A stretch of DNA of 64,000 bases from Nemertoderma westbladi. Its lineage: Eukaryota > Animalia > Xenacoelomorpha. This document shows positions 30,001 to 41,600 of this stretch, in pieces (within the stretch, counting starts at the first letter, position 1; every line of letters begins with the position of its first letter). The DNA is taken from assembly GCA_032718475.1 (NCBI GenBank), contig JAUCBJ010003901.1, positions 5,531 to 69,530 of the forward strand, in the 5' to 3' direction. Position numbers and translations under genes: made by a program. The notes beneath the pieces are model-generated. The model made no database searches and was not told where the DNA came from. It saw only the letters and a list, made by a program, of their open reading frames with translations.

Positions 30001-32552
30001 TTGTTATACAAATATCGGATATCGGTAGGCCCTACTGTTTATCTGATATACTGTTTGTTATACAAATATCGGATATCGGTAGGCCCTACTGTTTATCTGA
30101 TATACTGTTTGTTATACAAATATCGGATATCGGTAGGCCTTACTGTTTATCTGATATACTGTTTGTTATACAAATATCGGATATAGGTAGGCCCTACTGT
30201 TTATCTATACTGTTTGTTATACAAATATCGGATATCGGTAGGCCCTACTGTTTATCTGATATACTGTTTGTTATACAAATATCGGATATCGGTAGGCCCT
30301 ACTGTTTGTCTGATATACTGTTTGTTATACAAATATCGGATATCGGTAGGCCCTACTGTTTATCTGATATACTGTTTGTTATACAAATATCGGATATCGG
30401 TAGCCTACTGTTTATCTGATATACTGTTTGTTATACAAATATCGGATATCGGTAGCTACTGTTTATCTGATATACTGTTTGTTATACAAATATCGGATAT
30501 CGGTAGGCCCTACTGTTTATCTGATATACTGTTTGTTATACAAATATCGGATATAAGTAGGCCCTATTGTTTATCTGATATACTGTTTGTTATACAAATA
30601 TCGGATATCGGTAGCTACTGTTTATCTGATATACTGTTTGTTATACAAATATCGGATATCGGTAGGCCCTACTGTTTATCTGATATACTGTTTGTTATAC
30701 AAATATCGGATATCGGTAGGCCCTACTGTTTATCTGATATACTGTTTGTTATACAAATATCGGATATCGGTAGGCCCTACTGTTTATCTGATATACTGTT
30801 TGTTATACAAATATCGGATATCGGTAGGCCCTACTGTTTATCTGATATACTGTTTGTTATACAAATATCGGATATCGGTAGCTACTGTTTATCTGATATA
30901 CTGTTTGTTATACAAATATCGGATATCGGTAGGCCCTACTGTTTATCTGATATACTGTTTGTTATACAAATATCGGATATAAGTAGGCCCTATTGTTTAT
31001 CTGATATACTGTTTGTTATACAAATATCGGATATCGGTAGCTACTGTTTATCTGATATACTGTTTGTTATACAAATATCGGATATCGGTAGGCCCTACTG
31101 TTTATCTGATATACTGTTTGTTATACAAATATCGGATATCGGTAGGCCCTACTGTTTATCTGATATACTGTTTGTTATACAAATATCGGATATCGGTAGG
31201 CCCTACTGTTTATCTGATATACTGTTTGTTATACAAATATCGGATATCGGTAGGCCCTACTGTTTATCTGATATACTGTTTGTTATACAAATATCGGATA
31301 TCGGTAGGCCTTACTGTTTATCTGATATACTGTTTGTTATACAAATATCGGATATCGGTAGGCCCTACTGTTTATCTGATATACTGTTTGTTATACAAAT
31401 ATCGGATATCGGTAGGCCCTACTGTTTATCTGATATACTGTTTGTTTAACAAATATCGGATATCGGTAGGCCTTACTGTTTATCTGATATACTGTTTGTT
31501 ATACAAATATCGGATATAGGTAGGCCCTACTGTTTAATACTGTTTGTTATACAAATATCGGATATCGGTAGGCCCTACTGTTTATCTGATATACTGTTTG
31601 TTATACAAATATCGGATATCGGTAGGCCCTACTGTTTGTCTGATATACTGTTTGTTATACAAATATCGGATATCGGTAGGCCCTACTGTTTATCTGATAT
31701 ACTGTTTGTTATACAAATATCGGATATAGGTAGGCCCTACTGTTTATCTGATATACTGTTTGTTATACAAATATCGGATATAGGTAGGCCCTACTGTTTA
31801 TCTGATATACTGTTTGTTATACAAATATCGGATATCGGTAGGCCCTACTGTTTATCTGATATACTGTTTGTTATACGAATATCGGATATCGGTAGGCCCT
31901 ACTGTTTATCTGATATACTGTTTGTTATACAAATATCGGATATAGGTAGGCCCTACTGTTTATCTGATATACTGTATATCTGATATACTGTTTGTTATAC
32001 AAATATCGCATATCGGTAGGCCCTACTGTTTATCTGATATACTGTTTGTTATACAAATATCGGATATAGGTAGGCCCTACTGTTTATCTGATATACTGTA
32101 TATCTGATATACTGTTTGTTATACAAATATCGGATATAGGTAGGCCCTACTGTTTATCTGATATACTGTTTGTTATACAAATATCGGATATCGGTAGGCC
32201 CTACTGTTTATCTGATATACTGTTTGTTATACAAATATCGGATATCGGTAGGCCCTACTGTTTATCTGATATACTGTTTGTTATACAAATATCGGATATC
32301 GGTAGGCCCTACTGTTTATCTGATATACTGTTTGTTATACAAATATCGGATATCGGTAGGCCCTACTGTTTATCTGATATACTGTTTGTTATACAAATAT
32401 CGGATATCGGTAGGCCCTACTGTTTATCTGATATACTGTTTGTTATACAAATATCGGATATCGGTAGGCCCTACTGTTTATCTGATATACTGTTTGTTAT
32501 ACAAATATCGGATATCGGTAGGCCCTACTGTTTATCTGATATACTGTTTGTT
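1..32552. repeat. 54-bp satellite array (roughly 590-600 monomers in the window, open at the left edge); consensus CCCTACTGTTTATCTGATATACTGTTTGTTATACAAATATCGGATAT(C/A)GGTAGG; lies directly upstream of an internal VMAT exon, so presumably intronic
   Basis: Continuous head-to-tail 54-bp periodicity, which gives the 18-aa periodic ORFs. Variants include 70-bp units (16-bp TACTGTTTATCTGATA duplicated), 52-, 51-, 48- and 47-bp deletion units and a C/A dimorphism. The array ends abruptly at ...CTGTTTGTT|CTCTCATC (32552). Confidence 0.99.
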
Positions 32553-32584
32553 CTCTCATCACCACAGATTATATTCCCTTTCAG

Positions 32585-32643
32585 GGTCGGATATAGTATT
32601 CCAATGTTCTCGGGCTTCGTCATTCTATTTGTTTCAACACTCT
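32585..32643 (+). CDS. VMAT: Internal 59-nt coding exon of vesicular monoamine transporter: (R)VGYSIPMFSGFVILFVSTL(L)
   Basis: Acceptor TTCCCTTTCAG ends at 32584 and donor GTGAGT starts at 32644. The exon has a phase-2 start and phase-1 end. The peptide matches the conserved SLC18 segment RIGYxIPxFxGFxIxFxST. Its final T joins TG at 58583 to give TTG (Leu) in frame. Confidence 0.93.
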
Positions 32644-35600
32644 GTGAGTCAATTAATTATACCATATAATTATGTTTTTGTTTACAGTGTTCGCCTTTGA
32701 CGAGAACTACCCTTGTTTACTTATAGTGTGTTTTTGTTTACAGTGTTCGCCTTTGACGAGAACTTCCCTTGTTTACTTATAGTGTGTTTTTGTTTTCAGT
32801 GTTCGTCTTTGACGCGAACTACCCTTGTTTACTTATAGTGTGTTTTGTTTACAGTGTTCGCCTTTGGCGAGAACTACGCTTGTTTACTGATAGTGTATTT
32901 TTGTTTTCAGTGTTCGTCTTTGACGCGAACTACCCTTGTTTACTTATAGTGTATTTTTGTTTACAGTGTTCGCCTTTGGCGAGAACTACGCTTGTTTACT
33001 GATAGTGTATTTTTGTTTACAGTGTTCGCCTTTGACGAGAACTTCCCTTGTTTACTTATAGTGTGTTTTTGTTTTCAGTGTTCGTCTTTGACGCGAACTA
33101 CCCTTGTTTACTTATAGTGTATTTTTGTTTACAGTGTTCGCCTTTGGCGAGAACTATGCTTGTTTACTGATAGTGTATTTTTGTTTACAGTGTTCGCCTT
33201 TGGCGAGAACTACGCTTGTTTACTGATAGTGTATTTTTGTTTACAGTCTTCGCCTTTGGCGAGAATTACCCTAGTTTACTTATAGTGTGTTTTTGTTTTG
33301 TTTGCCTTTGGCGAGAACTACGCTTGTTTACTGATAGTGTATTTTTGGTTACAGTCTTCGCCTTTGGCGAGAATTACCCTTGTTTACTAATAGTGTGTTT
33401 TTGTTTTGTTTGCCTTTGGCGAGAACTACGCTTGTTTACTGATAGTGTATTTTTGTTTACAGTCTTCGCCTTTGGCGAGAATTACCCTTGTTTACTGATA
33501 GTGTGTTTTTGTTTTGTTTGCCTTTGGCGAGAACTACGCTTGTTTACTGATAGTGTATTTTTGTTTACAGTGTTCGCCTTTGTCGAGAACTACCCTTGTT
33601 TACTGATAGTGTGTTTTTGTTTTGTTTGCCTTCGGCGAGAACTACCCTTGTTTACTTATAGTGTGTTTTTGTCTATAGTGTTCGCCTTTGGCGAGAATTA
33701 CCCTTGTTTACTGATAGTGTGTTTTTGTTTTGTTTGCCTTTAGCGAGAACTACGCTTGTTTACTGATAGTGTATTTTTGTTTACAGTCTTCGCCTTTGGC
33801 GAGAATTACCCTTATTTACTGATAGTGTGTTTTTGTTTTGTTTGCCTTTGGCGAGAACTACGCTTGTTTACTGATAGTGTATTTTTGTTTACAGTCTTCG
33901 CCTTTGGCGAGAATTACCCTTGTTTACTGATAGTGTGTTTTTGTTTTGTTTGCCTTTGGCGAGAACTACGCTTGTTTACTGATAGTGTATTTTTGTTTAC
34001 AGTCTTCGCCTTTGGCGAGAATTATCCTAGTTTACTTATAGTGTGTTTTTGTTTTGTTTGCCTTTGGCGAGAACTACGCTTGTTTACTGATAGTGTATTC
34101 TTGTTTACAGTCTTCGCCTTTGGCGAGAATTACCCTTGTTTACTGATAGTGTGTTTTTGTTTTGTTTGCCTTTGGCGAGAACTACGCTTGTTTACTGATA
34201 GTGTATTTTTGTTTACAGTCTTCGCCTTTGGCGAGAATTACCCTTGTTTACTGATAGTGTGTTTTTGTTTTGTTTGCCTTTGGCGAGAACTACGCTTGTT
34301 TACTGATAGTGTATTTTTGTTTACAGTGTTCGCCTTTGTCGAGAACTACCCTTGTTTACTGATAGTGTGTTTTTGTTTTGTTTGCCTTTGGCGAGAACTA
34401 CGCTTGTTTACTGATAGTGTATTTTTGTTTACAGTGTTAGCCTTTGGCGAGAATTACCCTTGTTTACTGATAGTGTATTTTTATTTTGTTTGCCTTTGGC
34501 GAGAACTACGCTTGTTTACTGATAGTGTATTTTTGTTTACAGTGTTCGCCATTGGCGAGAATTACCCTTGTTTACTGATAGTGTGTTTTTGTTTTGTTTG
34601 CCTTTGGCGAGAACTACCCTTGTTTACTTATAGTATGTTTTTGTCTACAGTGTTCGCCTTTGGCGAGAATTACCCTTGTTTACTGATGGTGTGTTTTTGT
34701 TTTGTTTGCCTTTGGCGAGAACTACGCTTGTTTACTGATAGTGTATTTTTGTTTACAGTCTTCGCCTTTGGCGAGAATTACTCTTGTTTACTGATAGTAT
34801 ATGTTTGTTTTGTTTGCCTTTGGCGAGAACTACCCTTGTTTACTTATAGTGTGTTTTTGTCTACAGTGTTCGCCTTTGGCGAGAATTACCCTTGTTTACT
34901 GATAGTGTGTTTTTGTTTTGTTTGCCTTTGGCGAGAACTACGCTTGTTTACTGATAGTGTATTTTTGTTTACAGTCTTCGCCTTTGGCGAGAATTACCCT
35001 TGTTTACTGATAGTGTGTTTTTGTTTTGTTTGCCTTTGGCGAGAACTACGCTTGTTTACTGATAGTATATTTTTGTTTACAGTCTTCGCCTTTGGCGAGA
35101 ATTACCCTTGTTTACTGATAGTGTGTTTTTGTTTTGTTTGCCTTTGGCGAGAACTACGCTTGTTTACTGATAGTGTATTTTTGTTTACAGTCTTCGCCTT
35201 TGGCGAGAATTACCCTTGTTTACTGATAGTGTGTTTTTGTTTTGTTTGCCTTTGGCGAGAACTACGCTTGTTTACTGATAGTGTATTTTTGTTTACAGTC
35301 TTCGCCTTTGGCGAGAATTACCCTAGTTTACTTATAGGTGTTTTTGTTTTGTTTGCCTTTGGCGAGAATTACGCTTGTTTACTGATAGTGTATTTTTGTT
35401 TACAGTCTTCGCCTTTGGCGAGAATTACCCTTGTTTACTGATAGTGTGTTTTTGTTTTGTTTGCCTTTGGCGAGAACTACGCTTGTTTACTGATAGTGTG
35501 TTTTTGTTTTGTTTGCCTTCGGCGAGAACTACGCTTGTTTACTGATAGTGTATTTTTGTTTACAGTGTTCGCCTTTGGCGAGAACTACCCTTGTTTACTT

Positions 35601-38600
35601 ATAGTGTGTTTTTGTTTTGTTCGCCTTTGGCGAGAACTACCCTTGTTTACTGATAGTGTGTTTTTGTTTTGTTTGCCTTCGGCGAGAACTACGCTTGTCT
35701 ACTGATAGTGTATTTTTGTTTACAGTGTTCGCCTTTGGCGAGAACTACCCTTGTTTACTTATAGTGTGTTTTTGTTTACAGTGTTCGCCTTTGGCGAGAA
35801 CTACCCTTGTTTACTGATAGTGTGTTTTTGTTTTGTTTGCCTTCGGCGAGAACTACGCTTGTTTACTGATAGTGTATTTTTGTTTACAGTGTTCGCCTTT
35901 GTCGAGAACTACCCTTGTTTACTGATAGTGTGTTTTTGTTTTGTTTGCCTTCGGCGAGAACTACGCTTGTTTACTGATAGTGTATTTTTGTTTACAGTGT
36001 TCGCCTTTGACGAGAACTACCCTTGTTTACTTATAGTGTGTTTTTGTTTACAGTGTTCGCCTTTGGCGAGAACTACCCTTGTTTACTGATAGTGTGTTTT
36101 TGTTTTGTTTGCCTTCGGCGAGAACTACGCTTGTTTACTGATAGTGTATTTTTGTTTACAGTGTTCGCCTTTGTCGAGAACTACCCTTGTTTACTGATAG
36201 TGTGTTTTTGTTTTGTTTGCCTTCGGCGAGAACTACGCTTGTTTACTGATAGTGTATTTTTGTTTACAGTGTTCGCCTTTGTCGAGAACTACCCTTGTTT
36301 ACTGATAGTGTGTTTTTGTTTTGTTTGCCTTCGGCGAGAACTACGCTTGTTTACTGATAGTGTATTTTTGTTTACAGTGTTCGCCTTTGGCGAGAACTAC
36401 CCTTGTTTACTTATAGTGTGTTTTTGTCTACAGTGTTCGCCTTTGGCGAGAACTACCCTTGTTTACTTATAGTGTGTTTTTGTTTACAGTGTTCGCCTTT
36501 GACGAGAACTACCATTGTTTACTTATAGTGTATTTTTGTATACAGTGTTCGCCTTTGGCGAGAACTACCCTTGTTTACTTATAGTGTGTTTTTGTTTACA
36601 GTGTTCGCCTTTGGCGAGAACTACCGTTGTTTACTTATAGTGTGTTATTATTTACAGTGTTTGCCTTTGGCGAGAACTACCCTTGTTTACTTATAGTGTG
36701 TTTTTGTTTTGTTTGCCTTTGACGAGAACTACCCTTGTTTACTTATAGTGTGTTTTCGTTTACAGTGTTCGCCTTTGACGCGAACTACCCTTGTTTACTT
36801 ATAGTGTATTTTTGTTTACAGTGTTTGCCTTTGACGAGAACTACCCTTGTTTACTTATAGTGTGTTTTTGTTTACAGTGTTCGCCTTTGGCGAGAACTAC
36901 CGTTGTTTACTTATAGTGTGTTATTATTTACAGTGTTCGCCTTTGGCGAGAACTACCCTTGTTTACTTATAGTGTGTTTTTGTTTTGTTTGCCTTTGGCG
37001 AGAACTACGCTTGTTTATTTATAGTGTGTTTTTGTTTTCAGTGTTTGCCTTTGACGAGAACTACTCTTGTTTACTTATAGTGTGTTTTTGTTTACAGTGT
37101 TCGCCTTTGGCGAGAACTACCCTTGTTTACGTATAGTGTGTTTTTGTTTTTAGTGTTCGCCTTTGACGAGAACTTCCCTTGTTTACCTATAGTGTGTTTT
37201 TTTTACAGTGTTTGCCTTTGGCGAGAACTACCCTTGTTTACTTATAGTGTGTTTTTGTTTACAGTGTTCGCCTTTGGCGAGAACTACCCTTGTTTACTTA
37301 TAGTGTGTTTTTGTTTTGTTTGCCTTTGACGAGAACTACCCTTGTTTACTTATAGTGTGTTTTCGTTTACAGTGTTCGCCTTTGACGCGAACTACCCTTG
37401 TTTACTTATAGTGTATTTTTGTTTACAGTGTTCGCCTTTGATGAGAACTACCCTTGTTTACTTATAGTGTGTTTTTGTTTACAGTGTTCGCCTTTGGCGA
37501 GAACTACCCTTGTTTACTTATAGTGTGTTATTATTTACAGTGTTCGCCTTTGGCGAGAACTACCCTTGTTTACTTATAGTGTGTTTTTGTTTTGTTCGCC
37601 TTTGGCGATAACTACCCTTATTTACTTATAGTGTGTTTTTGTTTTCAGTGTTCGCCTTTGACGAGAACTACCCTTGTTTACTTATAGTGTGTTTTTGTCT
37701 ACAGTGTTCGCCTTTGGCGAGAACTACGCTTGTTTACTTATAGTGTGTTTTTGTTTACAGTGTTCGCCTTTGACGAGAACTACCCTTGTTTACTTATAGT
37801 GTGTTTTTTTTGTTTACAGTGTTCGCCTTTGGCGAGAACTACCCTTGTTTACTTATAGTGTATTTTTGTTTACAGTGTTCGCCTTTGACGAGAACTACCC
37901 TTGTTTACTTATAGTGTATTTTTGTTTACAGTGTTCGCCTTTGACGAGAACTACCCTTGTTTACTTATAGTTTGTTTTTGTTTACAGTGTTCGCCTTTGA
38001 CGAGAACTACCCTTGTTTACTTATACTGTGTTTTTTTGTTTACAGTGTTCGCCTTTGACGAGAACTACCCTTGTTTACTTATAGTGTGTTTTTGTTTTGT
38101 TTGCCTTTGACGAGAACTACCCTTGTTTACTTATAGTGTATTTTTGTTTACAGTGTTCGCCTTTGACGAGAACTACCCTTGTTTACTTATAGTGTGTTTT
38201 TGTTTACAGTGTTCGCCTTTGACGAGAACTACCCTTGTTTACTTATAGTGTGTTTTTTTGCTTACAGTGTTCGCCTTTGACGAGAACTACCCTTGTTTAC
38301 TTAGAGTGTATTTTTGTTTACAGTGTTCGCCTTTGACGAAAACTACCCTTGTTTACTTATAGTGTGTTTTTGTTTGCAGTGTTCGCCTTTGACGAGAACT
38401 ACCCTTGTTTACTTAGAGTGTATTTTTGTTTACAGTGTTCGCCTTTGACGAAAACTACCCTTGTTTACTTATAGTGTGTTTTTGTTTGCAGTGTTCGCCT
38501 TTGACGAGAACTACCCTTGTTTACTTATAGTGTGTTTTTGTTTACAGTGTTCGCCTTTGACGAGAACTACCCTTGTTTACTTATAGTGTGTTTTTGTTTT

Positions 38601-41600
38601 GTTTGCCTTTGGCGAGAACTACGCTTGTTTACTGATAGTGTATTTTTGTTTACAGTGTTCGCCTTTGACGAAAACTACCCTTGTTTACTTATAGTGTGTT
38701 TTTGTTTACAGTATTCGCCTTTGACGAGAACTACCCTTGTTTTCTTATAGTGTGTTTTTGTTTGCAGTGTTCGCCTTTGACGAGAACTACCCTTGTTTAC
38801 TTATAGTGTGTTTTTGTTTACAGTGTTCGCCTTTGACGAGAACTACCCTTGTTTACTTATAGTGTGTTTTTGTTTTGTTTGCCTTTGACGAGAACTACCC
38901 TTGTTTACTTATAGTGTGTTTTTGTTTGCAGTGTTCGCCTTTAACGAGAACTACCCTTGTTTACTTATAGTGTGTTTTTGTTTACAGTGTTCGCCTTTGA
39001 CGAGAACTACGCTTGTTTACTTATAGTGTGTTTTTGTTTTCAGTGTTCGCCTTTGACGAGAACTACTCTTGTTTACTTATAGTGTGTTTTTGTTTACAGT
39101 GTTCGCCTTTGGCGATAACTACCCTTGTTTACTTATAGTGTGTTTTTGTTTACAGTGTTCGCTTTTGGCGAGAACTACCCTTGTTTACTTATAGTGTGTT
39201 TTTGTTTTCAGTGTTCGCCTTTGACGAGAACTACCCTTGTTTACTTATAGTGTGTTTTTGTTTACAGTGTTCGCCTTAGGCGATAACTACCCTTGTTTAC
39301 TTATAGTGTGTTTTTGTTTACAGTGTTCGCCTTTGGCGAGAACTACCCTTGTTTACTTATAGTGTGTTTTTGTTTTCAGTGTTCGCCTTTGACGCGAACT
39401 ACCCTTGTTTACTTATAGTGTGTTTTTGTTTACAGTGTTCGCCTTAGGCGAGAACTACCCTTGTTTACTTATAGTGTGTTTTTGTTTACAGTGTTCGCCT
39501 TTGGCGAGAACTACCCTTGTTTACTTATAGTGTGTTTTTGTTTTCAGTGTTCGCCTTTGACGCGAACTACCCTTGTTTACTTATAGTGTGTTTTTGTTTA
39601 CAGTGTTTGCCTTTGGCGAGAACTACCCTTGTTTACTGATAGTGTGTTTTTGTTTACAGTGTTCGCCTTAGGCGAGAACTACCCTTGTTTACTTATAGTG
39701 TGTTTTTGTTTACAGTGTTCGCCTTTGGCGAGAACTACCCTTGTTTACTTATAGTGTGTTTTTGTTTACAGTGTTCGCCTTTGGCGAGAACTACCCTTGT
39801 TTACTTATAGTGTGTTTTTGTTTTCTGTGTTCGCCTTTGACGCGAACTACCCTTGTTTACTGATAGTGTGTTTTTGTTTTCAGTGTTCGCCTTTGAGGAG
39901 AACTACCCTTGTTTACTTATAGTGTGTTTTTGTTTACAGTGTTCGCCTTTGGCGAGAACTACCCTTGTTTACTTATAGTATGTTTTTGTTTACAGTGTTC
40001 GCCTTAGGCGAGAACTACCCTTGTTTACTTATAGTGTGTTTTTGTTTACAGTGTTCGCCTTTGGCGAGAACTACCCTTGTTTACTTATATTGTGTTTTTG
40101 TTTTGTTTGCCTTTGACAAGAACTACCCTTGTTTACTTATAGTGTGTTTTTGTTTTGTTTTCCTTTGACGAGAACTACACTTGTTTACTTATAGTGTATT
40201 TTTGTTTACAGTGTTCGCCTTTGACGAGAACTACGCTTGTTTACTTATAGTGTGTTTTTGTTTTCAGTGTTCGCCTTTGACGAGAACTACTCTTGTTTAC
40301 TTATAGTGTGTTTTTGTTTACAGTGTTCGCCTTTGGCGATAACTACCCTTGTTTACTTATAGTGTGTTTTTGTTTTCAGTGTTCGCCTTTGGCGATAACT
40401 ACCCTTGTTTACTTATAGTGTGTTTTTGTTTTTAGTGTTCGCCTTTGACGAGAACTTCCCTTGTTTACTTATAGTGTGTTTTTGTTTACAGCGTTCGCCT
40501 TTGGCGACAACTACCCTTGTTTACTTATAGTGTGTTTTTGTTTTGTTCGCCTTCGGCGAGAACTACCCTTGTTTACTTATAGTGTGTTTTTGTTTTCAGT
40601 GTTCGCCTTTGACGAGAACTACCCTTGTTTATTTATAGTGTGTTTTTGTCTACAGTGTTCGCCTTTGGCGAGAACTACCCTTGTTTACTGATAGTGTGTT
40701 TTTGTTTACAGTGTTCGCCTTTGTCGAGAACTACCCTTGTTTACTTATTGTGTGTTTTTGTTTTTAGTGTTCGCCTTTGACGAAAACTACCCTTGTTTAC
40801 TTATAGTGTGTTTTTGTTTACAGCGTTCGCCTTTGGCGACAACTACCCTTGTTTACTTATAGTGTGTTTTTGTTTTGTTCGCCTTCGGCGAGAACTACCC
40901 TTGTTTACTTATAGTGTGTTTTTGTTTGCAGTGTTCGCCTTTGACGAGAACTACCCTTGTTTACTTATAGTGTGTTTTTGTTTACAGTGTTCGCCTTTGA
41001 CGAGAACTACCCTTGTTTACTTATAGTGTGTTTTTGTTTTGTTTGCCTTTGGCGAGAACTACGCTTGTTTACTGATAGTGTATTTTTGTTTACAGTGTTC
41101 GCCTTTGACGAAAACTACCCTTGTTTACTTATAGTGTGTTTTTGTTTACAGTATTCGCCTTTGACGAGAACTACCCTTGTTTTCTTATAGTGTGTTTTTG
41201 TTTGCAGTGTTCGCCTTTGACGAGAACTACCCTTGTTTACTTATAGTGTGTTTTTGTTTACAGTGTTCGCCTTTGACGAGAACTACCCTTGTTTACTTAT
41301 AGTGTGTTTTTGTTTTGTTTGCCTTTGACGAGAACTACCCTTGTTTACTTATAGTGTGTTTTTGTTTACAGTGTTCGCCTTTAACGAGAACTACCCTTGT
41401 TTACTTATAGTGTGTTTTTGTTTACAGTGTTCGCCTTTGACGAGAACTACGCTTGTTTACTTATAGTGTGTTTTTGTTTTCAGTGTTCGCCTTTGACGAG
41501 AACTACTCTTGTTTACTTATAGTGTGTTTTTGTTTACAGTGTTCGCCTTTGGCGATAACTACCCTTGTTTACTTATAGTGTGTTTTTGTTTACAGTGTTC

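Noticed and set aside
32560-32567. Alternative acceptor CACAG 17 nt upstream of the 59-nt exon
   Set aside because: It would shift the frame relative to the conserved R-VGY junction, and its pyrimidine tract is weaker than TTCCCTTTCAG.
424-32700. Many + strand ORFs up to 763 aa (LLYKYRISVGPTVYLIYC / SDILFVIQISDIGRPYCL repeats)
   Set aside because: The 54-bp unit is a multiple of 3 and happens to be stop-free in two frames. Starts are TTG, and frameshifting variants are freely tolerated, so there is no sign of coding constraint.
33756-35441. 561-aa hydrophobic repeat ORF and similar ORFs up to 57957
   Set aside because: By-product of the 108-bp dimer period. Only the FAFGENYxCLLI part is exon-derived; the rest is translated splice tract.
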